A stretch of 63,953 nucleotides of DNA, the filler included, from Bipalium vagum (taxonomy: Eukaryota): NCBI GenBank assembly GCA_037834085.1. It is 3 parts of 3 records of this genome, joined end to end, with 100 filler letters (N's around TTAATTAATTAA, not from the genome) between each part and the next. Parts side by side here need not be neighbours in the genome. Positions count along the whole stretch, not along the records: positions 47,007 to 63,953 come from JBBMKC010084867.1; 2 more parts are not named here. One strand, 5' to 3'. Shown in pieces: positions 52,201 through 63,953 of the stretch. The notes beneath the pieces were generated by a model. It was given only the letters and a program-made list of their open reading frames with translations, searched no databases and had not been told where the DNA came from. Made by a program: the position numbers and the translations under genes. Each line of letters opens with the position of its first letter. Positions within the stretch are counted from its first letter, which is position 1.

Positions 52201-53172
52201 AAATTTTTCAGAATGCAGTATTGGTATACTTTAGTCTAAATTTAATCTTTTTTGTAAAGACCTACCTCAGTTGGGGCAAGTAAGACCCACTTAAACATGC
52301 ATGAAAAGTGAGCTCTGGCAACCTATTCACAAGCTATACTCTATCATATTGCTTTTTTCAATACAGCAACATGTGATTATGTCTGTTGTCAGCGTTTTGC
52401 TACAAGAACTATTTCAGTTTTCATGTTTGGTTTTATCAGGCGTTGATTGAGTCTTTAAACTTCTTTTCATCGATAGACAATCATCCTTTTATAGAATTCA
52501 ATCAATATGTTCATTTTTTTCTTTCTGATCTTAACTACTTTACTGACTGCTCGAGTCTTAGTGAAACATGGTCTATAGATCTTAGTATGGCTTATTATTA
52601 TTAAATCTGAATGTATCTATATTAGTAGTGAAATAAACAAACTTCTGTGTAATCTTAAGATCCTTATTGTTTGTGAGTGTTTGTACTTCTGTAAAGCCAA
52701 AACTGAAAAACAGTTATCTGTGATTTCCCTCTCTATATTTACAAAAACAATGATTTTTTAAATTCAACCAACAGAAAATTTAAAATAAATACAGATTTTA
52801 TCTTTTTCTGAAACTTTTAGATTACGATTTTAGGTCTAAAGTTGTTGATAGAACTTCTGACAAGGTTTTGTTCCGCCATTTTTCAAATCTTTAAAACAAC
52901 CGTTTACATGGCGAACAAAAACTGAAAATAATGACAGCTCCATTTTTGAATTTTGACCTCAATTGTATTTAATTTTCAAAATTATATTTCATTTATCAAA
53001 AATTATTTTTAAATAACCTAATAATTAGTTATAAATAATAATTACGTGCGATTATTTAAAATGGTAGCTTTTAATATTTATTATTTTAACAAAATTGCAT
53101 TTAAAATTTGCATTTTTTGGCGAAAATATTTCAAAATAATGCAAAAAATTCATTTCGTTGCCCTTATTATTA

Positions 53173-54651
53173 CATTAGAGTTAGGCTAATCCGGATCACT
53201 GATGACTGAAGAATTTTCTACGGAATACGTGAATACCGGATTAGCTGAACTTTGCGATTAAGCAATATCTCAGTATTACGCAACAAGCAACTCATAAACC
53301 TTAATATAAATGAGTTTTTTAAATCAATATTACAATATAAAAACTCTTTTAAAAAACACCAATATTTTTTTAAATATGAAGTTATCTTTGAATGCCAATG
53401 TTCTTTGACAATATTCTTTTCAACTTCAATCATCAGATCATTAAATTATTTCAGGTATTCCTCCTTTACACTTTCACAAGAATTTTATTAATCCATTTAG
53501 TTTGAGGTGCAATTACAACGTCCTTATTAGTTAGTACTTTTCTCTCAAGAATGTCGTTATCTTGTGTAGTTTTTTTTTCATCTTAACTTTTACATTTAGC
53601 ATGGAAACCATATTAAATTTGTTGATTTCACAACTGTTAGAAATATCTGAATCAAAATTAACAAAATCTTCAAAATGATCATTATAATTTAAAATCTCTT
53701 AGCTTTTGAAACGAATAATCATTTTTTTTGGTTTCTTGTGAATTCGGGAAATTATCCAAACCCAAAATGTTTAAGACATTTTTAATAGTTGGTGTTTGTA
53801 CAGCTTCTCGGGTGATTTTAACATATAAAGAGCATCTAGTAAATTAAAATTGAATTCGATCTCACTTTGGTAACACAATTCAATACATTTTAACGATAAA
53901 AGCACTAATTCTTTCTTTTAATATTTTTTACTAAAATAGTTTTATGTTAAACTACACATTAATCGAAATTTAAAATATTTTCTTGTTCGTATTTTGATAA
54001 AAGTTATCGCTACTTTCTCCACAAAGCTTTTCGATGATATTTAACTGTGCTTTCCATCGATTAATCCAATTACGTCAATTTTTTTCCTTTAAACTCTATT
54101 AAAATCGATTTTCTTTGACCATTAACATTTCATTATTTACACTTAGGCCTGGTCAAGAACTCCTCATCTCAGAAAACCATTGATAAAGTCTTTGTTATTT
54201 AATTCATATTGAGATTATATGACCCTTTTATGAAAGCATACAAGCCTTCAATGTTGACATCATATCTAATTTTTATGCTATTTTTTGGCTTCAATATATC
54301 ACTTAAAGTAGTTGGTTTGACATTACATTTTTCAGAAATTTCTCTATAGATAATTTTCTTGTTGTTAATTTCCAAATTTCTACATACAAAATAACTTTTA
54401 TTAATTTTTTGTTTTTGAATAATTGTTATTTTTTAAATTATTTAAATTTTTATATAATTTAAACAAATTTTATTTAGATTAGGAAAACTGATTTATATAA
54501 CTTTTGAATTTTTGTACGGATTGGCCGAAATTTAGATTGACCAAATTCGGATAAGCCAAACATATGGTATATGAATTTTCTCTATAAAATTTTTTGGAAA
54601 ATGTTCAGTTTAGTGACTAAAGTCGAATATACGAATTAACCGAACTCTATT
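53173..54651 (-). mobile_element. pogo/Tigger element with both TIRs
   Basis: ta-cattagagttaggctaatcc matches the reverse complement ta-aatagagttcggttaattcg; VKPTTLSDILK, LYQWFSEMR and W.NRWK HTH relics. Confidence 0.8.
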
Positions 54652-54659
54652 TATTATTA

Positions 54660-54708
<49 letters not shown>

Positions 54709-54838
54709 ATTATAAAAATTAAAAAATTTATTTGTAGACAACATGTAATTTGTCAGATAAATGATCCATCAACAAGTATTTATAAATTTCATGAAAAACC
54801 GTTCATTCTTTTATCAGTTTCAGAATGAATGACTTCAT

Positions 54839-57121
54839 TTAAACATAAATATAAAATAGTAAAAATATAAAAATCGGAATCATTAGAGAAGAATTTTTGT
54901 AAGATGATGTTGTCTCATTACAATAGTCAGTGTCACAATAGCAATCCAGAGTTTTGGAATTGGATCCGATTTTTTGAAAGCAACCATTTCCAAATGAGGT
55001 TTTAGCGCAATCTCTAGCGACAATAGTAACTACTAGAAAATATCAAAGCTCATTTTATTTTTATAATCATTATTATTATTACTTTTATAAATATGGTGTT
55101 CCAATAAAAACTACGAAAGCTTTATCTTAAATAAAAAATGTTTAAATAATGAAAGAACAGAAGAAATTGTTTTAAAGTACTATTCAATTTAAGGTCAATG
55201 TACAAGTCGTATGGTTGGCAGCCCAAACTCGTTTTACAGTGTCATCTTTTTATCAGATTTATTAACATTTTTCTGCATAATTTTCTAAGAATCTTGTTAA
55301 GAATGATGATAATATTACAAATGAGTTTATCAAGGGTTTGTGGATTTTTCGTATTTTCTGTTTTTTGTTAATCAAAACCAGTATAACTTTTTTCTTAATT
55401 AGTTCTCACCGAAAAAAATGTTTATAATTTGATATTAAAAATTTGACATGACCTTTTATAACGCAATGATTCATATCTAAAGGTGAAATGACTTAATAAT
55501 TAGCTTATTACAACAAAACTGATATGAATAGTAGGTTGAAATTCGATATCACTACATGTCTTTTATTAAGGTTAATTTATTATTTAGTTTATAAGAAATT
55601 TTTAGAATCCAGGAATAGAGTGATTTTTATAATTAGCGGAGCGTTTTATGAGAGCATAGCGACCTTAATAGTGACCACTTTCGTTAAATTTAATTAACAT
55701 AATATATATTTACAGAAGTAAAGCTAAAATTCAATATTTCTTTAAGGTTAAAGTAATCACTTGAAACAAAAACTAAATGATGCAACTTTATCGAATAAAA
55801 TTCAATTAGTATGCTTAATAAGTACTAAGAACAAAATAGAACCTTACTTTTTGTTAATTCTTTAATACCTGATAGCGTGTTGTTTTAATTGATCAAATTA
55901 TTTTTTAATAATTTACCCATAGTTATGAATTCAATTCTGATACAGTTGAATATCGATGGTTTAATAAGATTTAATTTTTGCTTTCGAGAAATGGTTAAAC
56001 AAAAAATATCATTTAAAATTAAAAAATGGTCGTGGAGTTAACTCTTCTTCTCTAGCAAAATATAAATTATTGGACTGTTTTTTTAAGCTGGAAGAATATC
56101 TGTTTTAGATAAAGAAAAATTATTAGATTTTATCGAAAATCACAAGAAAAGAATCCAACCAATAATGCAAATAACAGTTCGAAAATTATCAACTAGGTTA
56201 AATGTAAGCGAAAGAACTTAATCTCATATCATTCTATTGGTTGGAACGCCTCAACTATCTTCCTTATACTATTGTAGATTTAATCTCTTCATATGACTTC
56301 TACTTGTTTAATCATTTAATGAGATATCTTAAAAGTGGTAATTTAATAACAAGGAAAACATAAATGACAATATGGAAATTTTCTTAATGAATCAACAACC
56401 AACCGCTTTTAATAAACTTGTTAAACATAAATAATAGAAAAGTGCGTTGAGAATTAATAATGACGAATAATTCGCGTTATATTATAATGATCTTTATTTC
56501 TTGTTTGTAATTGTGTGTTGAGAGATACTGTCATTTTACTGGTTAATAAATATTGTACCTACTGTATAGGAACACATTTCAGAAAAACTTTCCGTATTCC
56601 TTATTATACATAATTATTATGCTTAACTTTTATAAAAATAATTACTAGTTGCCAACATTTCTTCTTTTACTTAAAAAAATATCATTAAAAAGTTGTTATT
56701 AATTTTTTGTTATATAATATAATTAACTATCAAAACTAAGTAAAATACATCAAGTCTTACATTTCGCATACAACCCCCATGCATCGGGAGTATTGGTATA
56801 CCTATCAAATACAGTTTTCATACAGGAATTATACTCTTCGAGATCACATTCTACCTTATACTGTTCCAAATTTTCTTCTGTGTCCGAATCACTGCAACCT
56901 TCAGTTGACTTTTTACTTTGATCTAGCATAGCATAATTGTCACAAACAATACATTTCATTTTCCCATCCACTGTTATAAAATAATACATCATTATAATAA
57001 TTGTAAACATATTTATTGTATAACCTCTTCCAGTGATGAAAATGATAGAGACAACAATGCAAAACGAGCGTTGAAACATAAAACAACTAAAATTGTGAAA
57101 AATATGATAATGAAGCTTCAT
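54839..57121 (-). CDS. quiver/sleepless-like Ly6 three-finger protein, probably GPI-anchored
   Basis: Hydrophobic N-terminus, then KCIVC...C...C...CMK (exon to 56761) spliced to IVARDC...C...DCYCDTDYCN and a hydrophobic tail (55032-54839). Confidence 0.85.
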
Positions 57122-57261
57122 CGTTTTGATACAATGGACATAAAAATAAACAACGATCTATTTATACAGACTCAATAATTGGTGCACAAAATATTTCGAC
57201 GTTCTCGGATTTCATAGACAGCTTAATTGAAAAAGGCACACACGAAATAATTTAATTAATC

Positions 57262-57292
<31 letters not shown>

Positions 57293-57404
57293 ATTATTAT
57301 TATTATTATTTATACTAATTTTGAAAAATTGTTGAAAAATCAAAAATTTCTGATTAAAAATCATTGGAAGAGACAAATAAAAAAAATGATTTTTTTTTCA
57401 ATTT

Positions 57405-58826
57405 TCATTTCTTTTTTTGGTTTTTGCCTGATGAAGACTTGTCAGATTTGTTTTTTTTACTTTTTTTAATCGATTTGTGTTCATTTTCATTGGAATTGTA
57501 CAAATGAAGAGATTTTATACAATCTAGGGTTTGATCGATTTGATTGTGCAAAGGGTTAACTGATGATTGGTGATTGATGGTATCACGGTTGGATATCAGT
57601 TTACTAATGGATTCTTGTAACGATGCTAATTTCTGATTCAAATGATGCAATTCCAAATGATTTATTGATTCGTGCTTTCTCGGCCCAGATTCCTTCACGG
57701 AAATCATTCTGCCGGACAATGAGTCGATATTTATATTCAATTCGCATTCATTGCCATTGACAATTGTTTTCGGTGACGTTTGATTCCTATGACCAGGAGA
57801 CTGAGAAAACCCATATTTATCTCGAAAAAAATCCACTCTGTTGCACAGGGGTCGGAATTTTCTTGACGATTGTACGGGCTCCCTTAGATTCCATTTACAG
57901 ATTTTAAGATTCTGGTCTAACAGTGAAAAGTTGTTTGTTTCCAATGAAAGTTCCTTACAATTTTGGGGAAAGGTTGTCCTGTTCATTGAACTGTAATTGT
58001 ATATTTTTGTTGTATTGTTATAATTACGGAGACTTTGTTGCCAGTAGTTTATGTTTGTTTCCAAATTGAATTGTTTTTCCGGTTTTGTATTCTTCAGAGA
58101 CTTTATCGAAGATTCGTGGTGAAATGGAGACGATCGATTATTTGTATAATTTATTGCTGGCAATACTCCACATTTGACCTTTTCAGCTCGTGAAGTTTGC
58201 GAATGGTTATTTTCACACAGTTCCAAGGATTCAAAAAACGTGCAAAGAGCGAAAATTTCCCTCTCAATCAAACAGAATATACTCCACAATTTCTCATGTG
58301 GTGGTAAGTCAGACTGTGAACCATGGAATCGGTCTTGGCTATCTTCATTATCTAAAGACTCCATCTCAGTTTTCGTGCAGTTTATGCACTGAAGCATTTT
58401 GTTGAATCCTTTGCTGTGTTGTGGTATATAATTCGAGTACTCCTGACCTAATACTTTCAAGACATCATTGATCAACATGTTGTGTAAGTTCCGTAATGTC
58501 TCATATATGGAAAGTTGCAGTTCGATATTTTTGAAGTCTTTATTTTCAAGAAATATTTTAGTTCCAACTGATAATGGGTTACTTTTAAGCAAATTCATTC
58601 TGATCAGATCCTTTATTTTTGTCAGATTTTTATGGTAACATTTATAGAAGTACTGGTTAATATGTTTATAAGTGCTATTGAAACTGTCGAACTGGCCTTC
58701 CAACTGAGTTCCAATGAGTTCCGCTGTGTCATGGATGAGTTGAATTCGATTCCAAAGCTTTTCAGAGTCTCTGAATCTCACAGAACGCTGCATTTTCTGA
58801 CACTTGGACTGATACTTCGTATCCAT
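57405..58826 (-). CDS. Intronless 473-aa orphan protein with coiled coils and a Lys-rich C-terminus
   Basis: 1422-nt ATG-to-TGA ORF, far too long for chance in this AT-rich DNA. No domain recognised. Confidence 0.75.
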   Translation of the reverse strand: MDTKYQSKCQKMQRSVRFRDSEKLWNRIQLIHDTAELIGTQLEGQFDSFNSTYKHINQYFYKCYHKNLTKIKDLIRMNLLKSNPLSVGTKIFLENKDFKNIELQLSIYETLRNLHNMLINDVLKVLGQEYSNYIPQHSKGFNKMLQCINCTKTEMESLDNEDSQDRFHGSQSDLPPHEKLWSIFCLIEREIFALCTFFESLELCENNHSQTSRAEKVKCGVLPAINYTNNRSSPFHHESSIKSLKNTKPEKQFNLETNINYWQQSLRNYNNTTKIYNYSSMNRTTFPQNCKELSLETNNFSLLDQNLKICKWNLREPVQSSRKFRPLCNRVDFFRDKYGFSQSPGHRNQTSPKTIVNGNECELNINIDSLSGRMISVKESGPRKHESINHLELHHLNQKLASLQESISKLISNRDTINHQSSVNPLHNQIDQTLDCIKSLHLYNSNENEHKSIKKSKKNKSDKSSSGKNQKKK

Positions 58827-59229
58827 CTATTGGAAACTCATTTGATTAAAGTCTACTTAGGACACCTAAATAAATTTAAAAGTTGATTTATAATTAATTA
58901 ATTAATAATAAATTTAAATATTAATTTGAATTAATTTTTTTAGGAAAAATTAAAGAAGAATCATAACTGCTTTGTCATGAAAAACTGAAGTTATTAAGGT
59001 CTATCATTTAAAGCAAGCAAAATAATGAAAAATGCAGATTTCCTGAATTTTATCAAAGAAATTTTTAATTGAAATAAATTTTTTCAGACATGAGGATTGT
59101 TTGAAAACCAATAAGAACACATTTGGCAAGATTTAATAATACATAACATAATTAAAACATCTGTTAAATTTGTTCAAAGTAATCTTCAGCAGTATTTATA
59201 CAATTTGTTAAATATTTTCATTGCTCAGA

Positions 59230-60130
59230 GCAACAAACTATGATTTTTTAAGATGTGTTTCATATACTGGTATATATCAATGTTCCAAGCTGTATTCGAC
59301 TTTCATATCTATTCCCACGAAGGTAATCTTTCAGTTACCAAGCAACCGATGATCACATGGGTCTATGCCAGGACTGTAAGGTAATGTAGCATCAACATTA
59401 TTCCTTTATATTTCAATAAATTCATCACAACGTGTGATTTATGAGTCGACACATTATCATGATCGTTTGAATACTTATCGGAAGAAATATCTTTCACATG
59501 AGGCAGATTAGTATTTCAATACTAATTAACACTGAGTGTTTTCTTCAAAGAAGTTTAAATTTGTGCAAGAGAAACCTAAATGTTAAAGACAATTGAAATC
59601 ATAACCTTTTCCTGTATTTTAGGACATTTCTCACTAATCCAGACCATGTTTTGATGCTTTTTGAATTTAATATGTGCATCTCCATCACCCGTGACGATTC
59701 GAAGAAATGCGTTTTTGCTCATACATCAGAAACGACTGACTAATGATTGACATGTTTTCACTCGACTTTCCCTTTGTGACTCAGTGAGAAAATATGGTAC
59801 TCACCAGGAAAGTCTTTCTCAGTAGTGACTGACTGTCTAAGATTTCATTGGTGCTTAAAATTCCAACGTCAGTTATGTCTTCAGTATCACGGTGGTAATA
59901 AAAGGATCCCACCGGTAGTTTGTCCTGACATTTTCAGACATTAATAAAGTGAAAGAACGACGATCTGGACGCAAGCTGTGTTTAATCTAGAAAGCGCTTA
60001 GTCATAAAATGATTGTGACATGATGGGACACTATCCCCACTTTTAGAAAACAAATCTTCATAAATGTCTCTTACTGGCTAATAAAGAAGACGATCTTTGA
60101 TGTAGCTTCGCAGCTCAATTTCTCATGAAA
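59230..60130 (-). mobile_element. mariner pseudogene
   Basis: RIVTGD, EKVMISI, DNVSTH, PYSPGIDPCD. Confidence 0.75.
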
Positions 60131-62193
60131 TTGGCATTTTCAATCAGTTAACCAAAACAGATAATCTAGAACATTCTTAACAAATCAATTTTACAAGAGA
60201 CAACCCTCGATAATATTTCAAGACTATAAATAGGTTAGGAGTGATTTGAAATATTGGTTTCAATGATTTTTTTAAATAGAGACCTTATTTATAATAAAGT
60301 ATGTTTAACTTCCTAAATTAAGATTTTTAATTTGATATTAAAATGTTACAAATTTGATTTTTAAATTAAAGCTTCTAAAGATTATTAAATTCTTTAATTT
60401 AATAATTTTTGTAAGTAATAATAAATATCACAGTGATGTAGCCATTTAAAAAAGGATTTGTTTAAATAGTTTTTTTTAGAGTCATTGGAGAAAATCAAAT
60501 AATGTCAACAGCAGAATATATTGAAAAAAAATTACTCATAATTTTAAAAAAATAAAATAATTTTTCAAATATTTTGGTTATAATTGTGTCGTAAATAATT
60601 ATAATTATTTAGTAAAATAAATAATCAAAAAATATATAATTTTTAGTATTTTTATATTTTTCTGAGGATAGTTTAAATTGTCTTAGGTTTTGAAATAAAA
60701 CAATGACAGATATATATACGTTTCCAGAACAATACATTTTTTTATCAAATTGTAACATATGACGAGAAATAGATACAGTACTATAATATTCCATATGAGC
60801 TCATTGGCGAGAATCTTAATTAAATTACAAAACTATACTGAAAATATTCACTTAACAAAAATCTTTTGAACTCAAATTTTTATTTTAATATTTTTATTTT
60901 TTAAAAAATTTAATTTTTCATTTCATGTAAGAAATCATTATTTAAATGACAATGAGTATTTTGTGATCAATAGAAACAATCGAAATTGTCAGCATATTAT
61001 AACCTAGAGTCTTAAGAATACTTATGGATCCCTTTGAAACATGATAATCTATAGTTTGTTTTATTGAAAAAGAATCATTTTGTTAATTAAAATTTTTATC
61101 ATAAAGAGTCCTCGAGTTGAAATACTTAAATAACAGATAATAATTTAATACTTATTAAAATAAACAATTAAAAACATTTTGGTCCTTCAAATAAAAAAAT
61201 TACTGTCTTTTTTCAAAAAAGACTTTCACTCAAAATTTACATCTACTTTGAAATGTTTTCTTGCTATCAATTAAAACTCAGATCCACTTCGAGTTGAGAT
61301 TTATAAAATTTTTAATATATTAATTAATAAATTTAAATTAAAAAAAAGATTTGTTCTCGTGATGAATTTCGATGAAGTCAGTTGAACATTTACTGCTTAT
61401 ATTTAATTATTTAATTAAACGTAAAAATAATAATAATAATAATCATCATAATCATAATAATAAAAATAATAATAATAATAATGAAATTCTTTTTAAACAT
61501 TTAATTTATCTAAATAAAAAAATTGTATGAAATATTATTTCTATTTTAAGAATTAAAATATTTAGGAATACTGGAGAAATTGAAAATCATTAATGAAACT
61601 AATAATTAATTATTGAAAAATATAAACAAGATAAAAACATACGAATATTTCATCTTTCATTGTCAACAAAATACTGAAATGAATAAATGAGCGTCAAATG
61701 TCATAAATATAGGTAATAGTAATATTTGCTATACGGTTTAAGATTTAGTTATGAAAAATAAATATCAGTGAAATATGAAATGTGCTTATCAAAAATGTGC
61801 AGTTCTTTACAATATTAAAATTTGACATTTTACACTCAATGTGCTTGTTAGGGTAAAGTGATAAAGAATATTGTCGAAAATAATTGCCTATTTTATTTTA
61901 TATATAATGTGTGATTCGATTAAAAGATATTTTTTGAAAAATATTCATTTTTAAAATTAAAAAGTCATTTTACTCACTTAATCTAAATAATAATTATTAT
62001 TATTAAATCAGTATTGATTAATTAGTTATTGATTAATTAATTAATTTTATTTCACTATAATTATTGATTTTATTTATTGATTAAAATTAGAGTTTTAAAT
62101 TTTAATTAATCTTTAATTTTTTAATTTTCCAATTATTCTCATAAGTTAAAATGAAACATAAATCAAACATTTACGAAATTTTTTAATGCATAT

Positions 62194-62638
62194 ATGAATG
62201 ATAATATTTATAAACCTGGTTTTTTAATAGATCACGATCAGATTGACAGAGACAATATAACAATGATAAAAGAAAGAATTGTTTTACCTACAGGTATCTG
62301 AACATTGTTGTAAATAGATCAATCGGTTGGACATTGACATTGTTTTCAGCTATTTTCAACGGGTGGCAGTCTCAAAACAAAAAACAGTTTGGTATTAATG
62401 TGCTTAAAACATACGAAAATGTATGGTTAGTATACGACTTTTTGTTTGGACTCAGAATTATCTGGACAATAAAGATGTCAAAACAATAAAAGTAACGTTG
62501 ATCGATTCAGTAATGAAACATATAATACCATTGATATATAATCATGTTTGTGACCAAGGTCTTGTTTGATCTAATTCTATTACTGAAGTACGGATGACGC
62601 CATTCATTTGATTTATTAGTTCATGAAAAAGGATCTGG
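62194..62638 (+). CDS. Candidate multi-exon gene of unknown product, 5' part
   Basis: ATG 62194, G|gtatct..ttttcag| (62294-62349), |gtatgg..ctcag| (62421-62455) and a third GT-AG intron give an open MNDNIYKPGFLIDHDQ...IFNGWQSQ...HVCDQVHEKGS. No homolog recognised. Confidence 0.35.
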
Positions 62639-62829
62639 GTATGGTTTTAGAAAAATAAAACTCTTAATTAATTGATTATTTTTACAATAAATTTCTCTGA
62701 CCAAATTTTGTTATTTATATTATTACTTAATAATTATATGATGAATGGATAATGGTATTTTCATTGGATCGGTAAATTGATTTTTTTCACTGATTCCACT
62801 ATTTTTCTATATAAGATCATTTCATGTCC

Positions 62830-63710
62830 ATTAAGAGTCCACAAAAATGTTTCGAGTTTTACTTGTATTACTTTGCAGTTGTAGTTGCTGGTTGCTCGTA
62901 CATTGTTGTTATACGTCGACCAAGTTGATCACACGCATGTTCGATGGGAGATATATCAGGTGAGCGTGCAGGCAATGGAAGAAGTGATACATTTCGGGCA
63001 TTCAAAACATCACCCACTATTTTGGCAGTTTGCGGCTTTGAATTACTGTGTTGCATCATAAGATGATGCTGTTCAGTATTTGGAATGATGTGCTGGTTGA
63101 TAATTTCCTTCAATAAACGTGCAGCATTTAATGTAACATCAATAGTAACTGCAGCTGTTATACCATTCCACCATACAAAATAACATAATACTTGCATCCC
63201 ATACCTATCAATCTGCTCTATTTACCAATCTGCATATCTCTAGGTTTTCTAGCGTCTGACCCTTATCCAACCATCATTGAAGTCCAGTGAAAATCTGGAT
63301 TCATCTATCTATAATTTAGACTTCCATTTATTGCTGTTGCAATTTAGATGTTCTTTTGTCTAGTTCAGACATCTATTGCTTTGCATATATAAAGAATATT
63401 CTCACAGCTTCAAGATCTGATTCATATCCTGCACCTAATACCCTGCGTCTAGCTGTCTCCATTGAACATTTTAAATTATTATCTGTGATTTACTCTTTAC
63501 CAATAAGTGACATTGATTTGAATCTTTTTCCTTTATTTTTAGTAATAAATGAGCATTCTGTTGAGTACTTGTTTTTCTTGGTCTGCCATATTCACTATAT
63601 TTTCCTTCTTTTTTAAATTGTGACCATCATTTTTGGACTGTTCCGGTTGATAATTTCATTTTTTCTGAAACATCACGAACAAGTCAGTCCGGCTTCAAGC
63701 ATGTCTTTAA
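62830..63710 (-). mobile_element. Tc1 transposase pseudogene
   Basis: DESRFSL, MQHSNSKPQTA, LPLPARSPDISPIEHACD. Confidence 0.9.
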
Positions 63711-63817
63711 AAAGCTTGATGTTCTCTTTCGTTTTTAATAAGAATTCGCTAAGAGTTTATCTTTAGTTTCTTTCTCTTATTTTATGTTAAGCAGGAAAAA
63801 TAAATATTTTAAAGTAA

Positions 63818-63953
63818 TGTTAAGATCCTGGAGTTGATGGATAAAAAGGATGTTAAAGTTCGGAGCCTAAATACCCCTCAGGTCTCAACGGTTGAAGGTT
63901 GCGTTTATGCGTGTTCGATTATTTGAAAACTGAAGGTTGCGTTCAAAATTAAA
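63818..63953 (+). mobile_element. 5' start of an LTR family 2 copy
   Basis: TGTTAAGATCCT..ggat..gatgttaaa..ggagc..aggtct matches 15518-15582. Confidence 0.65.

Noticed and set aside
1-63953. CRISPR array, rRNA or prokaryotic operon
   Set aside because: No regularly spaced repeat-spacer units or rRNA motifs; the genes carry spliceosomal introns.

Overview
This is AT-rich, intron-containing animal genomic DNA, not prokaryotic. The taxon cannot be fixed from this window; the short 35-60 nt introns and the NeSL/Merlin/mariner load would fit a flatworm-like invertebrate. Two artificial 100-nt spacers (N44-TTAATTAATTAA-N44 at 20036-20135 and 46907-47006) show the window is stitched from three contigs. 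Host genes reconstructed by hand, all on the minus strand: menin (5' part), a UBXN1-like UBA-UBX protein, a small Cys-rich orphan, a divergent alpha-tubulin, a KDM7/PHF8-family JmjC demethylase with no PHD visible and a GC-AG intron, a four-finger C2H2 protein, a quiver/Ly6-type three-finger protein and an intronless 473-aa orphan. There is also a weak plus-strand multi-exon candidate near 62.2 kb. The remainder is decayed mobile DNA: mariner, Tc1, pogo/Tigger, Merlin, Ty3/Gypsy gag, Penelope-like, NeSL-like RLE retrotransposons and several solo-LTR families. The most unusual signals are nested, possibly site-specific parasitism: (1) a 5'-truncated NeSL-like retrotransposon joined to a tRNA-Ala(CGC)-derived cassette exactly at nt 37/38; (2) the same cassette, full length with its upstream flank, inside a solo LTR; (3) two diverged copies of that LTR family lying exactly 8 nt from the same 21-nt hairpin. 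All alignments were done by eye.
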